A stretch of DNA of 64,000 nucleotides from an uncultured Candidatus Saccharibacteria bacterium (GCA_964414295.1 CAYPVU010000031.1:17885-81884), one strand, 5' to 3'; shown: positions 8,759-17,863, counted from the first letter of the stretch. Made by a program: numbers and translations. The notes: generated from the sequence alone by a model not told the origin.

Positions 8759-10753
8759 ATGGCAGTAAACATTGCAGGAGTTATTAAAAATATTAGACAG
8801 ATAGGCATTTATACGCCTATTATTGAGGCTATTGTAAACTCGATTGAGTCAATAATTCAAAGTAAGCGTGATGATGGAAGAATAACTATAAAAATAGTTA
8901 GAGATACCCAATCTAGATTTGGTGGAGAAGATGACAGTATTCCTTATATTAGATCATTTGAAATCACAGATAATGGCGTAGGCTTTACAGATGAAAATTT
9001 GAAATCATTTGATACATTGTATACTGAGTATAAGCTAACAACAGGTGGTAAAGGATTTGGAAGGTTTACTTTTTTAAAATTCTTTTCTGATGTCAAAATT
9101 GAAAGTATTTATAAAGTAGATAATGCTTACTTAAAAAGATGTTTTAAGTTTGGGACTAAAGAAAATATAGTTGAGAACTAAACAGTTGTTGAAACTTTGG
9201 CAGATGATACAAAAACAACTCTTTATTTAAGTAATTTATTTGATGAACATCTTGAAAAATTTGATAAAAAAATTGAGACTGTTGCAAAAAGATTAGTAGA
9301 TAGTTTATTGATTTATTTTATTTCCCCTGATTTTAAATGCCCAGAAATCATACTTATCGAAGATAATAGTAATGATTCAATTATTCTTAATGATTTTGTT
9401 AAAAGTGAAGAGTCGATTAAAAGAGTCAAAGATGGCAGTTTTGAAATTGATAGGTCAGGAAAAACATATTCATTTGATGTAAAAGTTTTCAAAATTTATT
9501 CTGCACATAATCAAAGTAGTAACATAATACTTTGCGGTCACAATCGAGAAGTTACTTCTTCTCCTTTACATAACTATGTTCCAGAATTTAAAGATGAGTT
9601 CTTCGAAAATGTAAAAGGAGATTCTGAAGATGATATAAAAAAGAATTTTATTATAAGAACTTATGTTATTGGAAAATATCTAGATGAGAATGTCTCGCTT
9701 GAAAGGTCTCGATTTGAAATTCCAAGGAAGAAAAATGACGATGCCTTATTGAACTCAATCTCTCAAGAAGAAATTGAACTACTTGCGGTGGAGATAACTA
9801 AATCCCAATTTAGTGAGGATGTTCTTTCTCGCCAGTTGAAGAAAAAAGAAAGAGTTGAAAAGTATGTTAATACAGAAGCTCCATGGAATAAAGTCTATTT
9901 GGATAAAATTGATTTTAACTCAATACCTTACGATGCTTCTGATGTAGAAATCGAAACTATTCTTCATAAGGAGAGAATCGCTCACGAAGTAAAGGTAAAA
10001 CAGGATATTTCAAACATCTTAAAAAACAATGATGATTTTGTTAAGAGTGTAGATGAAGTTGTTAGTCAACTTAATGATGTAAGCAAAACGGATCTTGCTC
10101 ATTATGTTGTACTTAGAAAAAATGTTTTAGATTTGTTTAAAAAATCCTTAGAGATACAGCCGAATGATACATATGACTTAGAAAAAGCAGTACACCAAAT
10201 AATATTCCCATTAAAATCTAATAGTACCAATACGGAGTATAAAGACCATAACCTATGGTTAATTGATGAGAGATTGAGTTTCCATGAATATGTCTCTTCA
10301 GATGAACCATTGAAAGAAACTAACGACAGACCTGATATCTTGATTTTTGACAAGAAAGTATTGGTAAGGAATGATAATGAACTTTCAAACCCCCTTTATA
10401 TTTTTGAGTTTAAAAGACCACAGCGAGAAGAGTATTCAGAGGGTGATGATCCTATAAAACAAATTAATCGATATGTTGAACAGATAAGAGCGGGTAATTT
10501 TAAAACTAAAAGTGGACGAACTGTAATTGCAAATGCTAATACTCCTGCATATGGTTTTATAATATGCGATTTAACGCCCAAAGTGAGAGCATTTTGCAGA
10601 GATGCTCAATTAACCCAAAGTTCTGATGAACAAGCGTATTATGGCTATCACTCTTCTTACAAAATATACTTTGAAGTCATAAGCTTTGATAAACTGGTCA
10701 AGGATTCAGAATTAAGGAATAGAATTTTCTTTAAAAAGTTGGGATTAGAGTAA
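8759..10753 (+). pseudogene. GHKL/MORC-like ATPase fused to PD-(D/E)xK nuclease, interrupted by in-frame TAA at 9179-9181
   Basis: EAIVNS, DNGVG, GGKGFGRF ATPase motifs; RPDILI...IFEFKRP nuclease; ORFs 8759-9181 and 9197-10753 are in the same frame. Confidence 0.8.
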
Positions 10754-10888
10754 CTATCTTTTAATAATTTTGTTCAATACTATCCGTAAAAAATAAAATG
10801 GTAGCCAAAATAAGATTCCAATACACCCAAAACTTCCAAACCCACTATTCTTGTAGATTCTCTTTCCTTTTCCTCTTTTATACATCAT
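10754..10888 (-). CDS. Possible 44-aa cationic membrane peptide
   Basis: MMYKRGKGKRIYKNSGFGSFGCIGILFWLPFYFLRIVLNKIIKR*, abuts the convergent stop at 10753. Confidence 0.4.
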   Translation of the reverse strand: MMYKRGKGKRIYKNSGFGSFGCIGILFWLPFYFLRIVLNKIIKR

Positions 10889-10994
10889 AATAATTACAAG
10901 TTTAAATTAACTTCGGAGTAATAAGCAAGGAATTTCCAACGATTTTGTAGCTCGGAAACAAACTGCAATACTTTGGAAAAAAGTTCGTAACGCG

Positions 10995-11008
10995 TCCTGT
11001 CGCTCCGA
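10995..11008 (+). other. Candidate att site: tRNA 3'-end fragment (tRNA-Pro-like)
   Basis: T-CCTGT-CGCTCCG-A = T-stem 3' strand, acceptor 3' strand (G72) and discriminator A, located at the island boundary. Confidence 0.6.
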
Positions 11009-11046
11009 TATAATTACCAATTCCCGGAAACACTAATTATTCTTGG

Positions 11047-11084
11047 TGCTATAATCTTCACGTGCAGACTAATACCAGGAGGGT
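11047..11084 (+). promoter_or_regulatory. Extended -10 promoter and Shine-Dalgarno of GC-rich orphan gene
   Basis: TGcTATAAT 11047-11055; AGGAGGGT 11077-11084. Confidence 0.65.
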
Positions 11085-11086
11085 AT

Positions 11087-11332
11087 ATGAAGTTAATAAT
11101 GCTGCAAGATCCTTTAACCCTAGCGTTGGTTGTAATCAGTGTACTGTGCTTAGTTTGGGCAGTCTTCGTGCTCCTTGTAAGGGCAAGCCTTACAAAAAGC
11201 TATGTACGGGAAATGAGGAAAACGCGGCCTAGGTTTAGAAGGCTGACTCTAGCAGCTCTGCTAGTGGCTCTCGGGCCGTTTACAGTAGCAGTTTTGCTCC
11301 TGCTCCTGCGTCTTAAGACAATGGGGTTTTAG
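11087..11332 (+). CDS. GC-rich small membrane protein (two hydrophobic segments, basic linker)
   Basis: 81 aa; about 50% GC in sampled lines; own promoter, SD and terminator. Confidence 0.7.
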   Translation: MKLIMLQDPLTLALVVISVLCLVWAVFVLLVRASLTKSYVREMRKTRPRFRRLTLAALLVALGPFTVAVLLLLLRLKTMGF

Positions 11333-11351
11333 GCTCTAGGGTCTGCACAAA

Positions 11352-11377
11352 TAAGCAGGGTGAAATACCCCTGCTTA
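11352..11377. terminator. Hairpin between convergent genes
   Basis: taagcaggg-tgaaatac-ccctgctta. Confidence 0.65.
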
Positions 11378-11386
11378 AAGAGTTTG

Positions 11387-11785
11387 TTAGGAATTTAATT
11401 TACTCATTATTTCTTTTGCTACTTCTTTGTCTAGCTGTCCTTTTGTTCGTGGGTTAAAACTCTCAGCTTCTTCCATACTTCTAAAAGGATATAGTTTTGC
11501 ATGTAAGTGATTAACTTCAAATCCCTCAAAGATTAAAACAGTTCTTAAGGTATTAAGTTTTGAATCTAAAAGTAGAGCAGTTTCCTTTACAAAATCCCAA
11601 TATTTATTCATAAATTCTGAATCCTGCTTAAAAACATAAGAATCTCTTTGCTTTTTAGGAATTACTAAAGTTTGAGCATACGATGAAGGAAATGCATCTA
11701 AAAATGCCATAAACTCTTCATCTTCCCTAATAATATATGCCGGTATTTCTTTATCTGCGATTTTTTCAAAGATTGTTTTTTCCAT
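11387..11785 (-). CDS. HIT-family nucleotide hydrolase
   Basis: TIFEKI...MAFLD.FP...TLVIPK; EVNHLHAKL (third His replaced by Lys). Confidence 0.85.
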   Translation of the reverse strand: MEKTIFEKIADKEIPAYIIREDEEFMAFLDAFPSSYAQTLVIPKKQRDSYVFKQDSEFMNKYWDFVKETALLLDSKLNTLRTVLIFEGFEVNHLHAKLYPFRSMEEAESFNPRTKGQLDKEVAKEIMSKLNS

Positions 11786-11870
11786 AAAAAGATTGATTAA
11801 AATTGGTATACGATATTTAAAATTAAATTTATAACTGAATAATATTATATTACATTTATCCTATTTTCTT

Positions 11871-12242
11871 ATGAGCAAATCAATTCAGGAAATTACTAAA
11901 ATTATTGTAGACTTTGCAGAAGCAAGAGGATGGAAGAACGAGAATCCATCCCACCTATTAAATGCTATTTATGTAGAGTTAGGTGAACTAACAGAGCACT
12001 ATCAGTGGAAAAATGACTTTAGTAAATTTAAAGATATAGATGAAAGTAAAAAAACAGAAATAGGCTTTGAATTTGTAGATGTAATCTTTTATATGTTTAG
12101 ACTTGCCTACAATAGCGGAATTGATATTGAAGAATACTTCGATAAAAAACTTCCCAAATTAGAAGAGAAGTTTAAAATCGGTGGTGACCATGGAAAGGCG
12201 CATAGAGAGTATAGAAAGACTGGTAAAAACAAGCTTTACTAA
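11871..12242 (+). CDS. MazG-like nucleotide pyrophosphohydrolase
   Basis: FAEARGW...ELGELTEHYQW...EFVDV all-alpha NTP-PPase pattern. Confidence 0.85.
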   Translation: MSKSIQEITKIIVDFAEARGWKNENPSHLLNAIYVELGELTEHYQWKNDFSKFKDIDESKKTEIGFEFVDVIFYMFRLAYNSGIDIEEYFDKKLPKLEEKFKIGGDHGKAHREYRKTGKNKLY

Positions 12243-12988
12243 GCCTCTGGATCTAGTTTTGATTTAGCGGAGAGTGGTATTAATTCTCCATTTCTAACTA
12301 AATATCTTTGTAGGCCAACATTTAAAATATCTCCGTTTTTTAAATCTTTAAAATCACCTTTACCTATCCTTTTAATAACTTTTTCTCTAGTAACTCTACC
12401 ATTGGCCAAATATCGTTCTTCAGTAGTTTCAACCGTCATAACTAATGATTTATCTGGCTCCATTGCTTGAATATATTCTTCTATTGCAAAGGCGTTTTCC
12501 ATTAACATCCTATGAAGTTTTGCTGGAAACTTCCGCAAAGAAGAGTACTTTCTAAATACTGATATATATTCTTTTAACAATTCAACTGGTTTGTCTGCTA
12601 TACGATCGGGTATAGATAAAAATTCAATTTCTCTAAGTGCTATTAACTCCTCGTCTGTTGCTCCTAACTGATTTTGAACAAAGTTAAGCATTTCTTCAAA
12701 TCCAGCATCTGTCGATAACACCAATGCATATAAGTCCGGAGATTCTCCAAGCATGCTTAGTATTTGATTCACCTGTTCTTCTTCTACTTCAATTTCTAAT
12801 CTAAGGTATAAAATAAATCCTACAATATTTTCTTCATTTAAAAGTCTTTTTAGTTCAGCAACTTGATGTCTGCCTAAACTTTTTATGGATTTTAATTTAT
12901 TAATGACATCTTTTATTTTGTTCTCAGATTTAACTAAGTATAGATCTACATCTTGATTAAGATTTGAGTCATCCCATTCAAAAGCCAT
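12239..12988 (-). CDS. Hypothetical protein
   Basis: 249-aa ORF, no family recognised. Confidence 0.7.
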   Translation of the reverse strand: MAFEWDDSNLNQDVDLYLVKSENKIKDVINKLKSIKSLGRHQVAELKRLLNEENIVGFILYLRLEIEVEEEQVNQILSMLGESPDLYALVLSTDAGFEEMLNFVQNQLGATDEELIALREIEFLSIPDRIADKPVELLKEYISVFRKYSSLRKFPAKLHRMLMENAFAIEEYIQAMEPDKSLVMTVETTEERYLANGRVTREKVIKRIGKGDFKDLKNGDILNVGLQRYLVRNGELIPLSAKSKLDPEA

Positions 12989-13042
12989 ATAAGTGTTTTA
13001 ACCAAAGGAGTTTACTACGAAATGTTGAGTTTAGGAAAGTGT

Positions 13043-13080
13043 AGAGGGTGAAGAGCTGTTGGCCATTTACTTCACCCCCT
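13043..13080 (-). terminator. Long-loop hairpin after GC-rich orphan gene
   Basis: Minus strand: agggggtgaag-16 nt loop-cttcaccctct. Confidence 0.55.
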
Positions 13081-13087
13081 GATTCGT

Positions 13088-13534
13088 TTAGCGGACTTCG
13101 ACAACCATATGGTCGTCGATTTCAAGAACTTGAATAACTTCACCCAGTTCAGGGTACTCCTGTACCGGGTCTTTCGTCTTCACGGAATAGGGCAGTAGGG
13201 TTAGAATCACCTTGTGTTGCCCTATTGTGATGCTTGGAAACACTGGCGACACAGAATTCAAACTGACTTCCGGTCTATCAGGCTTCCTTGCACCAACTAC
13301 ATGCATTAAGCGCCCCGTCACGATCTCGGGGAGCGGAAGTTCAGGTGCGGCACGCAGTTTATACTTTGTACCCACTTCGCGACTTCCCTCAGTCACGCTT
13401 TCCGGCTCTTGCAGCAAGAACGCAAAAACTCTTGCTTCATCCTGCTTAGCAGCCGCCTTCCATTCCTCAGCCAGAAGAATGGTTGTATTGTCCGGTGTGT
13501 TCAAAATCACCAGACGCGAGAAGCGAACTTCCAT
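13088..13534 (-). CDS. GC-rich hypothetical protein (148 aa, start MEVRFSRL)
   Basis: About 50% GC; SD GGAGGT at 13539-13544, 4 nt before ATG 13534. Confidence 0.7.
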   Translation of the reverse strand: MEVRFSRLVILNTPDNTTILLAEEWKAAAKQDEARVFAFLLQEPESVTEGSREVGTKYKLRAAPELPLPEIVTGRLMHVVGARKPDRPEVSLNSVSPVFPSITIGQHKVILTLLPYSVKTKDPVQEYPELGEVIQVLEIDDHMVVEVR

Positions 13535-13563
13535 GCACACCTCCGTTGCCAACAACTGATAAC

Positions 13564-13592
13564 ATTATATAACAGTTCTATATTATTGTAAA
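13564..13592 (-). promoter_or_regulatory. sigma70 promoter of GC-rich orphan gene
   Basis: TTTACA-17 nt-TATAAT on the minus strand. Confidence 0.65.
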
Positions 13593-13653
13593 TATACCCT
13601 TCCACTTATTAATCAGATAGGTATAATAGATTAAATAGATATTAAATATAAAT

Positions 13654-14190
13654 ATGGCAATTCAAACAGCAACTTTTGCAGCAGGATGTTTTTGGTGTGT
13701 AGAAGCTATTTTTGAAAGAGTAAAAGGCGTTAGTAAAGTAGTTTCTGGCTACACTGGAGGATTTATGGACAATCCTACATACGAACAAGTTAGTACAGGT
13801 AAGACGGGCCATGCAGAAGCAACTCAAATTGAATTTGACGACAGCATTGTAAGTTTTAGAGATTTGGTAAATATTTTCTTTTTAACTCACGATCCTACAA
13901 CTTTAAATAAACAAGGCGCTGATATAGGGTCACAATATAGATCTGCAGTTTTTTTTAATAGTGAAGAGCAAAAAAGCATAGCAGAGGAAGTAAAGAAAGA
14001 AATAGAAGAAAAGAAAGTGTATTCAGACCCTATAGTTACTGAAATATCGGAATTAAAAAAGTTTTATTCTGCAGAAAAGTATCATCAAAACTTTTATGAT
14101 AATAATAGAGACTATCCATACTGTAAGATAGTTATAGATCCAAAAGTTTCTAAATTTAGAAAAGAGTTTATAGATAAGATTAATGAATAA
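13654..14190 (+). CDS. msrA: Peptide-methionine (S)-S-oxide reductase
   Basis: AGCFWC, GHAE, HDPT, QYRS, AEKYHQNF motifs. Confidence 0.97.
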   Translation: MAIQTATFAAGCFWCVEAIFERVKGVSKVVSGYTGGFMDNPTYEQVSTGKTGHAEATQIEFDDSIVSFRDLVNIFFLTHDPTTLNKQGADIGSQYRSAVFFNSEEQKSIAEEVKKEIEEKKVYSDPIVTEISELKKFYSAEKYHQNFYDNNRDYPYCKIVIDPKVSKFRKEFIDKINE

Positions 14191-15835
14191 TAAATTAATT
14201 AAAGGGTTCGTTTTTGTATTAATACTAGTATCTACTAGCACCTTTTTTCAATTAAACCTAAGCGCAGAAACTCACTACAAAAGAGTATTAACAATAGGAG
14301 TAAACCCAGTTGAAAACGGAGAAAGTTTGGTAGAAAAGTTTTTTGGTAATTCTTCTAATATAGAAAACTCAACCTTCAATGGAGCAATAAGCAGACTTAA
14401 TCAAATTGGAATAAACTATACAATAGCAAGGCATATTAATATTTCTGAGTTTCCGCTTTTACCTAATGGTAATCGAGTATTTAATATGAATTCTTATTCA
14501 AAGTGTGTTGGTGGAGGAACAGCACAGGACATTCAAAACTGCGACAATAGCAAATGGCAATTCAGTTATTCTAAATTCTTTGATGATTTCAATATATGCT
14601 CAATAGCAAATCAAGAAAACGTAGATGAAATTTGGATTTTAACACCTCCCTATATTGGCAAGTGGGAGAGTTTATTAGTTGGTCCTTATGAGGGGTTTTG
14701 GATTAATGGAGTAGCAGAGGTTAATAGTAACTGCAATAAACTTTATCCAGTTATGGGCCCTACTTATGACCGTCCCGAAAATTTACTTCATAACTTTGGA
14801 CACAGAATAGAATCTACGATTGAATATATATTTACAAATATTAAAGATGAAGATAAAAATACCCACTGGAGAAGGTTTTCCGGATTTGGAGGTCAACCGC
14901 TAGGATGTGGTAATACACATTTCCCAAGAAATTATAGATATGACTACGATTATTCCAATCCAAGCCCAGCATCTTTTAATTGCCCTGACTGGAAAAACTT
15001 TCCTAATTATAATGGAGCAACAATAAATGTGGGCTGCAATAGCTGGGGATGTGATGACCCTGGATGGGAGAGGTTTTGGTTTTCTTACATACCTTCATCT
15101 AGTGGAAATGCTGTTATATACAATACAAACAATCAGGCAGTAAGTATAAAAAAAGACTGGTGGTACTATATATTAAATCCTCAAGAATCAATTGCTTTTG
15201 TTAATTACTCTTCTAATCCAGGACCACTTGAATGTTCCATATTCTCTTATTCAGAATGGAGTAAATGCATAGATGGTACACAAACAAGAACTTTAACAGG
15301 TAGTAATCCTCCTGGATGTACTGGAGGAAGTCCTGTTTTGTCTCAATCCTGTACTGTTTGCTACAAATATACTTACTCTAACTGGGGTGCTTGTATAAAT
15401 GGAATACAAAAAAGATTTATTACACAATTAACAGAAACTAATTGTCCTGGAGAGGAGAAAAAAAGTTTAGAGCAGAGCTGTTCAAGTATCAATAACCCAA
15501 CGGGAAATACTCTTCCTCAAAGTCCCGAAGGTAATTCACAAGAACCAACACCTACAGTTACAATTCCTACAAACTTACCTATATTAAATACAGTTCCAAT
15601 CTCTTACTCACCAGCTCCAACATTGGCAGATATATTATCTGCAATAATTCCTGGATTAAAAACTCAGAATACACAAGAAGGTGTAAGCTACACAATAAAC
15701 CCTTCTTTTGATGAAATAAATAATCGTTTAGTGAACCTAATGGCTGTATTAGCAATTTCTGGTGCAGGTTTAGTAATAATGATTTATGTATTTTTATACA
15801 GTAAGGTTATCGTTAAAAGATTTAAAAAAGCATAA
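14183..15835 (+). CDS. Secreted, C-terminally anchored Cys-rich surface protein with two TSP1-like repeats
   Basis: Signal peptide; HNFGHRIE motif; YSEWSKC..GTQTRT and YSNWGAC..GIQKR repeats; P/T/S-rich linker; C-terminal TM. Confidence 0.7.
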   Translation: MNNKLIKGFVFVLILVSTSTFFQLNLSAETHYKRVLTIGVNPVENGESLVEKFFGNSSNIENSTFNGAISRLNQIGINYTIARHINISEFPLLPNGNRVFNMNSYSKCVGGGTAQDIQNCDNSKWQFSYSKFFDDFNICSIANQENVDEIWILTPPYIGKWESLLVGPYEGFWINGVAEVNSNCNKLYPVMGPTYDRPENLLHNFGHRIESTIEYIFTNIKDEDKNTHWRRFSGFGGQPLGCGNTHFPRNYRYDYDYSNPSPASFNCPDWKNFPNYNGATINVGCNSWGCDDPGWERFWFSYIPSSSGNAVIYNTNNQAVSIKKDWWYYILNPQESIAFVNYSSNPGPLECSIFSYSEWSKCIDGTQTRTLTGSNPPGCTGGSPVLSQSCTVCYKYTYSNWGACINGIQKRFITQLTETNCPGEEKKSLEQSCSSINNPTGNTLPQSPEGNSQEPTPTVTIPTNLPILNTVPISYSPAPTLADILSAIIPGLKTQNTQEGVSYTINPSFDEINNRLVNLMAVLAISGAGLVIMIYVFLYSKVIVKRFKKA

Positions 15836-15837
15836 GA

Positions 15838-15864
15838 AAGCGGGCCTAAGGCCCGCTTAAAAAA
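15838..15864. terminator. Rho-independent terminator between convergent genes
   Basis: aagcgggcc-taa-ggcccgctt followed by an A-run (U-tract on minus strand). Confidence 0.8.
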
Positions 15865-15877
15865 GTTTCTTTATAGA

Positions 15878-17863
15878 TTAGATAGCTGGTTTTGGTTCCG
15901 AAGAACTACTTCCTGAACCATAAGTACCTTTAACAGAATTATTTACTAATCTTTGCAACTCAACATAATCTTCTGAATTTTGAGCAGATAAAGATAAGAA
16001 CATTGCGTCATCTGCTGTAAATTCTGAATCTGCAAAACCTACGGAATAATTATACTCTTGTAAAGTAAATTTATTATTTCCATATTCAAAAACTAATATA
16101 TAGTTTTTAGTTCTGCATTCATTATTTTCACAATTAGCAGAGTCAACAGGAAGTAGAGCAGACCTTTCCATTGCTAATGGCATAATGCTTGAGTTCTCTG
16201 AAACAAAGCTGTAAAGAGTTGCATTTACAGATTCGCCATTAATATTAATTGCTACTGTTTCTTCTTTTTTATCAGAGATTTTATTCCAAAGCAGACTGTT
16301 TAATATATCTAAATTACTGTACTCATTAGAATAAAAGGATAGATTGTAAGATACACTATTTCTTGAGTAAGAAGTCATACCTAAAGACATAGGTGTATTA
16401 CCTGCTAAATATGTACCAACTCCAGCGTAGGAATTATACATTTTATCTCCATTTGCTCCTGCAGGGTAAAAATTCCTATCTGTATAGTAAGAAGTAGTAT
16501 TATCTACTGTAGGTTCATCATTTATGTAGGAGTTAAAATAGATATATTGATTTTCTACAACAGAAGATGGAACTACTACTGTAATATTCTCATTTCTAGC
16601 AAAATCTAATGCCTTCTGAATTTCTGCATCTGGGTTATATTCTGGTATATCTGTAGGAGTAGTATTTAAATCAATATCTTTTACTTCTACATTATATTCA
16701 AAATCAAAATTACCTGAAACTGAGGCAAAGTCTAAATCTGCGTTCTCTACAATTGTTTCTGATCTTTCAACTAAATTATTAGCACTCACACTGTCTAAAT
16801 AAGTCTCAGTTCTTAAGATTTGATATGTTTCTGTATCTGCATAAGATAAGTAGAACATTTTTCTTAAATCTTCTACATCTTCACTTTGCCATCTATTTAG
16901 ATTTACAAATCCAGCACAATTAACATCGTAAGAATATTGAATTACATAATATTCTTTCCCATTAATATTCTCTGTTCTTAACACCTGAGCTTCAGGGCCA
17001 AAATATGTTGTGTAATCCACTTCTGGAGCAGCTCCCACACCTTCAGCAGGTGCTTCAACAGGTCTTTCTGGTAAAGAAGGTTCTACTAAATCTACTGGCA
17101 TTGGATCAACTTGTACTGGTGCAGGGTCTACCTGAGTTTCACTTACAGTTCTTACAGCATAACTTCCTCCATAGTAAGTAATGTTCTCGTATCTATATGT
17201 TGTAGATGTAGAAGTTGATTTAGATAAATTATATGTATTGACAGTACCATCTTCATTGTAGCCTACATACTTAGAATAGTAGTTTGAATCTCCATTATAA
17301 TTAAAGCTTTCGTAAACAGGTACAAATACTACATTTGTTTGATCTACCCCATAAGTACAGCTGTTAAATGCAGGACCTCTTTCAGTAGTAGATTTTGAAT
17401 AGTAATAGCTAGAAGCCGGCTGATACATATATCCTGGAGCAGGAGCAATCATCTTAGAGGAAGCCATATCCCTTGTTGCAAGTGCTGCAGCATTTTCTGC
17501 AGAAGAACCTGCACTATATTGTCCAAGATTTGGATTATTCATTGCGATCTTCTGTAGGATACTCTTTTGATCGAAAGAGTTATTAGAAGATTGAGTACTT
17601 AGTCTTGTAAGTACAAACGCCGTAGTGAGTACAACAGCTAAAACAGCTACTGCAAGTGCACTCAATACAGCTACTTTTCTTTTTAACATAAAGAACTGTA
17701 TAAAAATTAAATTACTATTAATATTACTTTTTGCTGAAAAATCGGTAACAGAATTTCTTGAAAAGTTTTTCAAGTTTTCTAAAGTAGACTGCTGCCACTC
17801 ATTTGTAGGTTCTGCATTACTTTGTTTTATTAAATTTTGTAATTGATCGTCACTTATTTTCAT
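15878..17863 (-). CDS. Large membrane-anchored protein, probable anti-sigma factor
   Basis: Overlaps ECF sigma stop; short cytoplasmic N-terminus, single TM, ~570-aa extracytoplasmic part. Confidence 0.65.
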   Translation of the reverse strand: MKISDDQLQNLIKQSNAEPTNEWQQSTLENLKNFSRNSVTDFSAKSNINSNLIFIQFFMLKRKVAVLSALAVAVLAVVLTTAFVLTRLSTQSSNNSFDQKSILQKIAMNNPNLGQYSAGSSAENAAALATRDMASSKMIAPAPGYMYQPASSYYYSKSTTERGPAFNSCTYGVDQTNVVFVPVYESFNYNGDSNYYSKYVGYNEDGTVNTYNLSKSTSTSTTYRYENITYYGGSYAVRTVSETQVDPAPVQVDPMPVDLVEPSLPERPVEAPAEGVGAAPEVDYTTYFGPEAQVLRTENINGKEYYVIQYSYDVNCAGFVNLNRWQSEDVEDLRKMFYLSYADTETYQILRTETYLDSVSANNLVERSETIVENADLDFASVSGNFDFEYNVEVKDIDLNTTPTDIPEYNPDAEIQKALDFARNENITVVVPSSVVENQYIYFNSYINDEPTVDNTTSYYTDRNFYPAGANGDKMYNSYAGVGTYLAGNTPMSLGMTSYSRNSVSYNLSFYSNEYSNLDILNSLLWNKISDKKEETVAININGESVNATLYSFVSENSSIMPLAMERSALLPVDSANCENNECRTKNYILVFEYGNNKFTLQEYNYSVGFADSEFTADDAMFLSLSAQNSEDYVELQRLVNNSVKGTYGSGSSSSEPKPAI

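Larger units (their letters stand above)
1..11008. mobile_element. Right-hand part of an integrated genomic island (ICE/prophage-like) carrying defence genes
   Basis: Cluster of DUF2958, small hypotheticals, R-M genes, lexA-like repressor and GHKL nuclease; ends at a tRNA 3'-end-like fragment; housekeeping genes follow. No integrase in the window. Confidence 0.7.

Noticed and set aside
9179-9181. Stop-codon recoding
   Set aside because: TAA is the commonest stop in the window and TGA/TAG also terminate genes; no sign of an alternative code.
11387-11785. HIT motif with third His replaced by Lys as a novelty
   Set aside because: The nucleophilic middle His is intact; a minor variant only.
13212-13591. 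Plus-strand ORFs 13212-13559 and 13409-13591
   Set aside because: Shadows of the GC-rich minus-strand gene, which has the promoter and SD.
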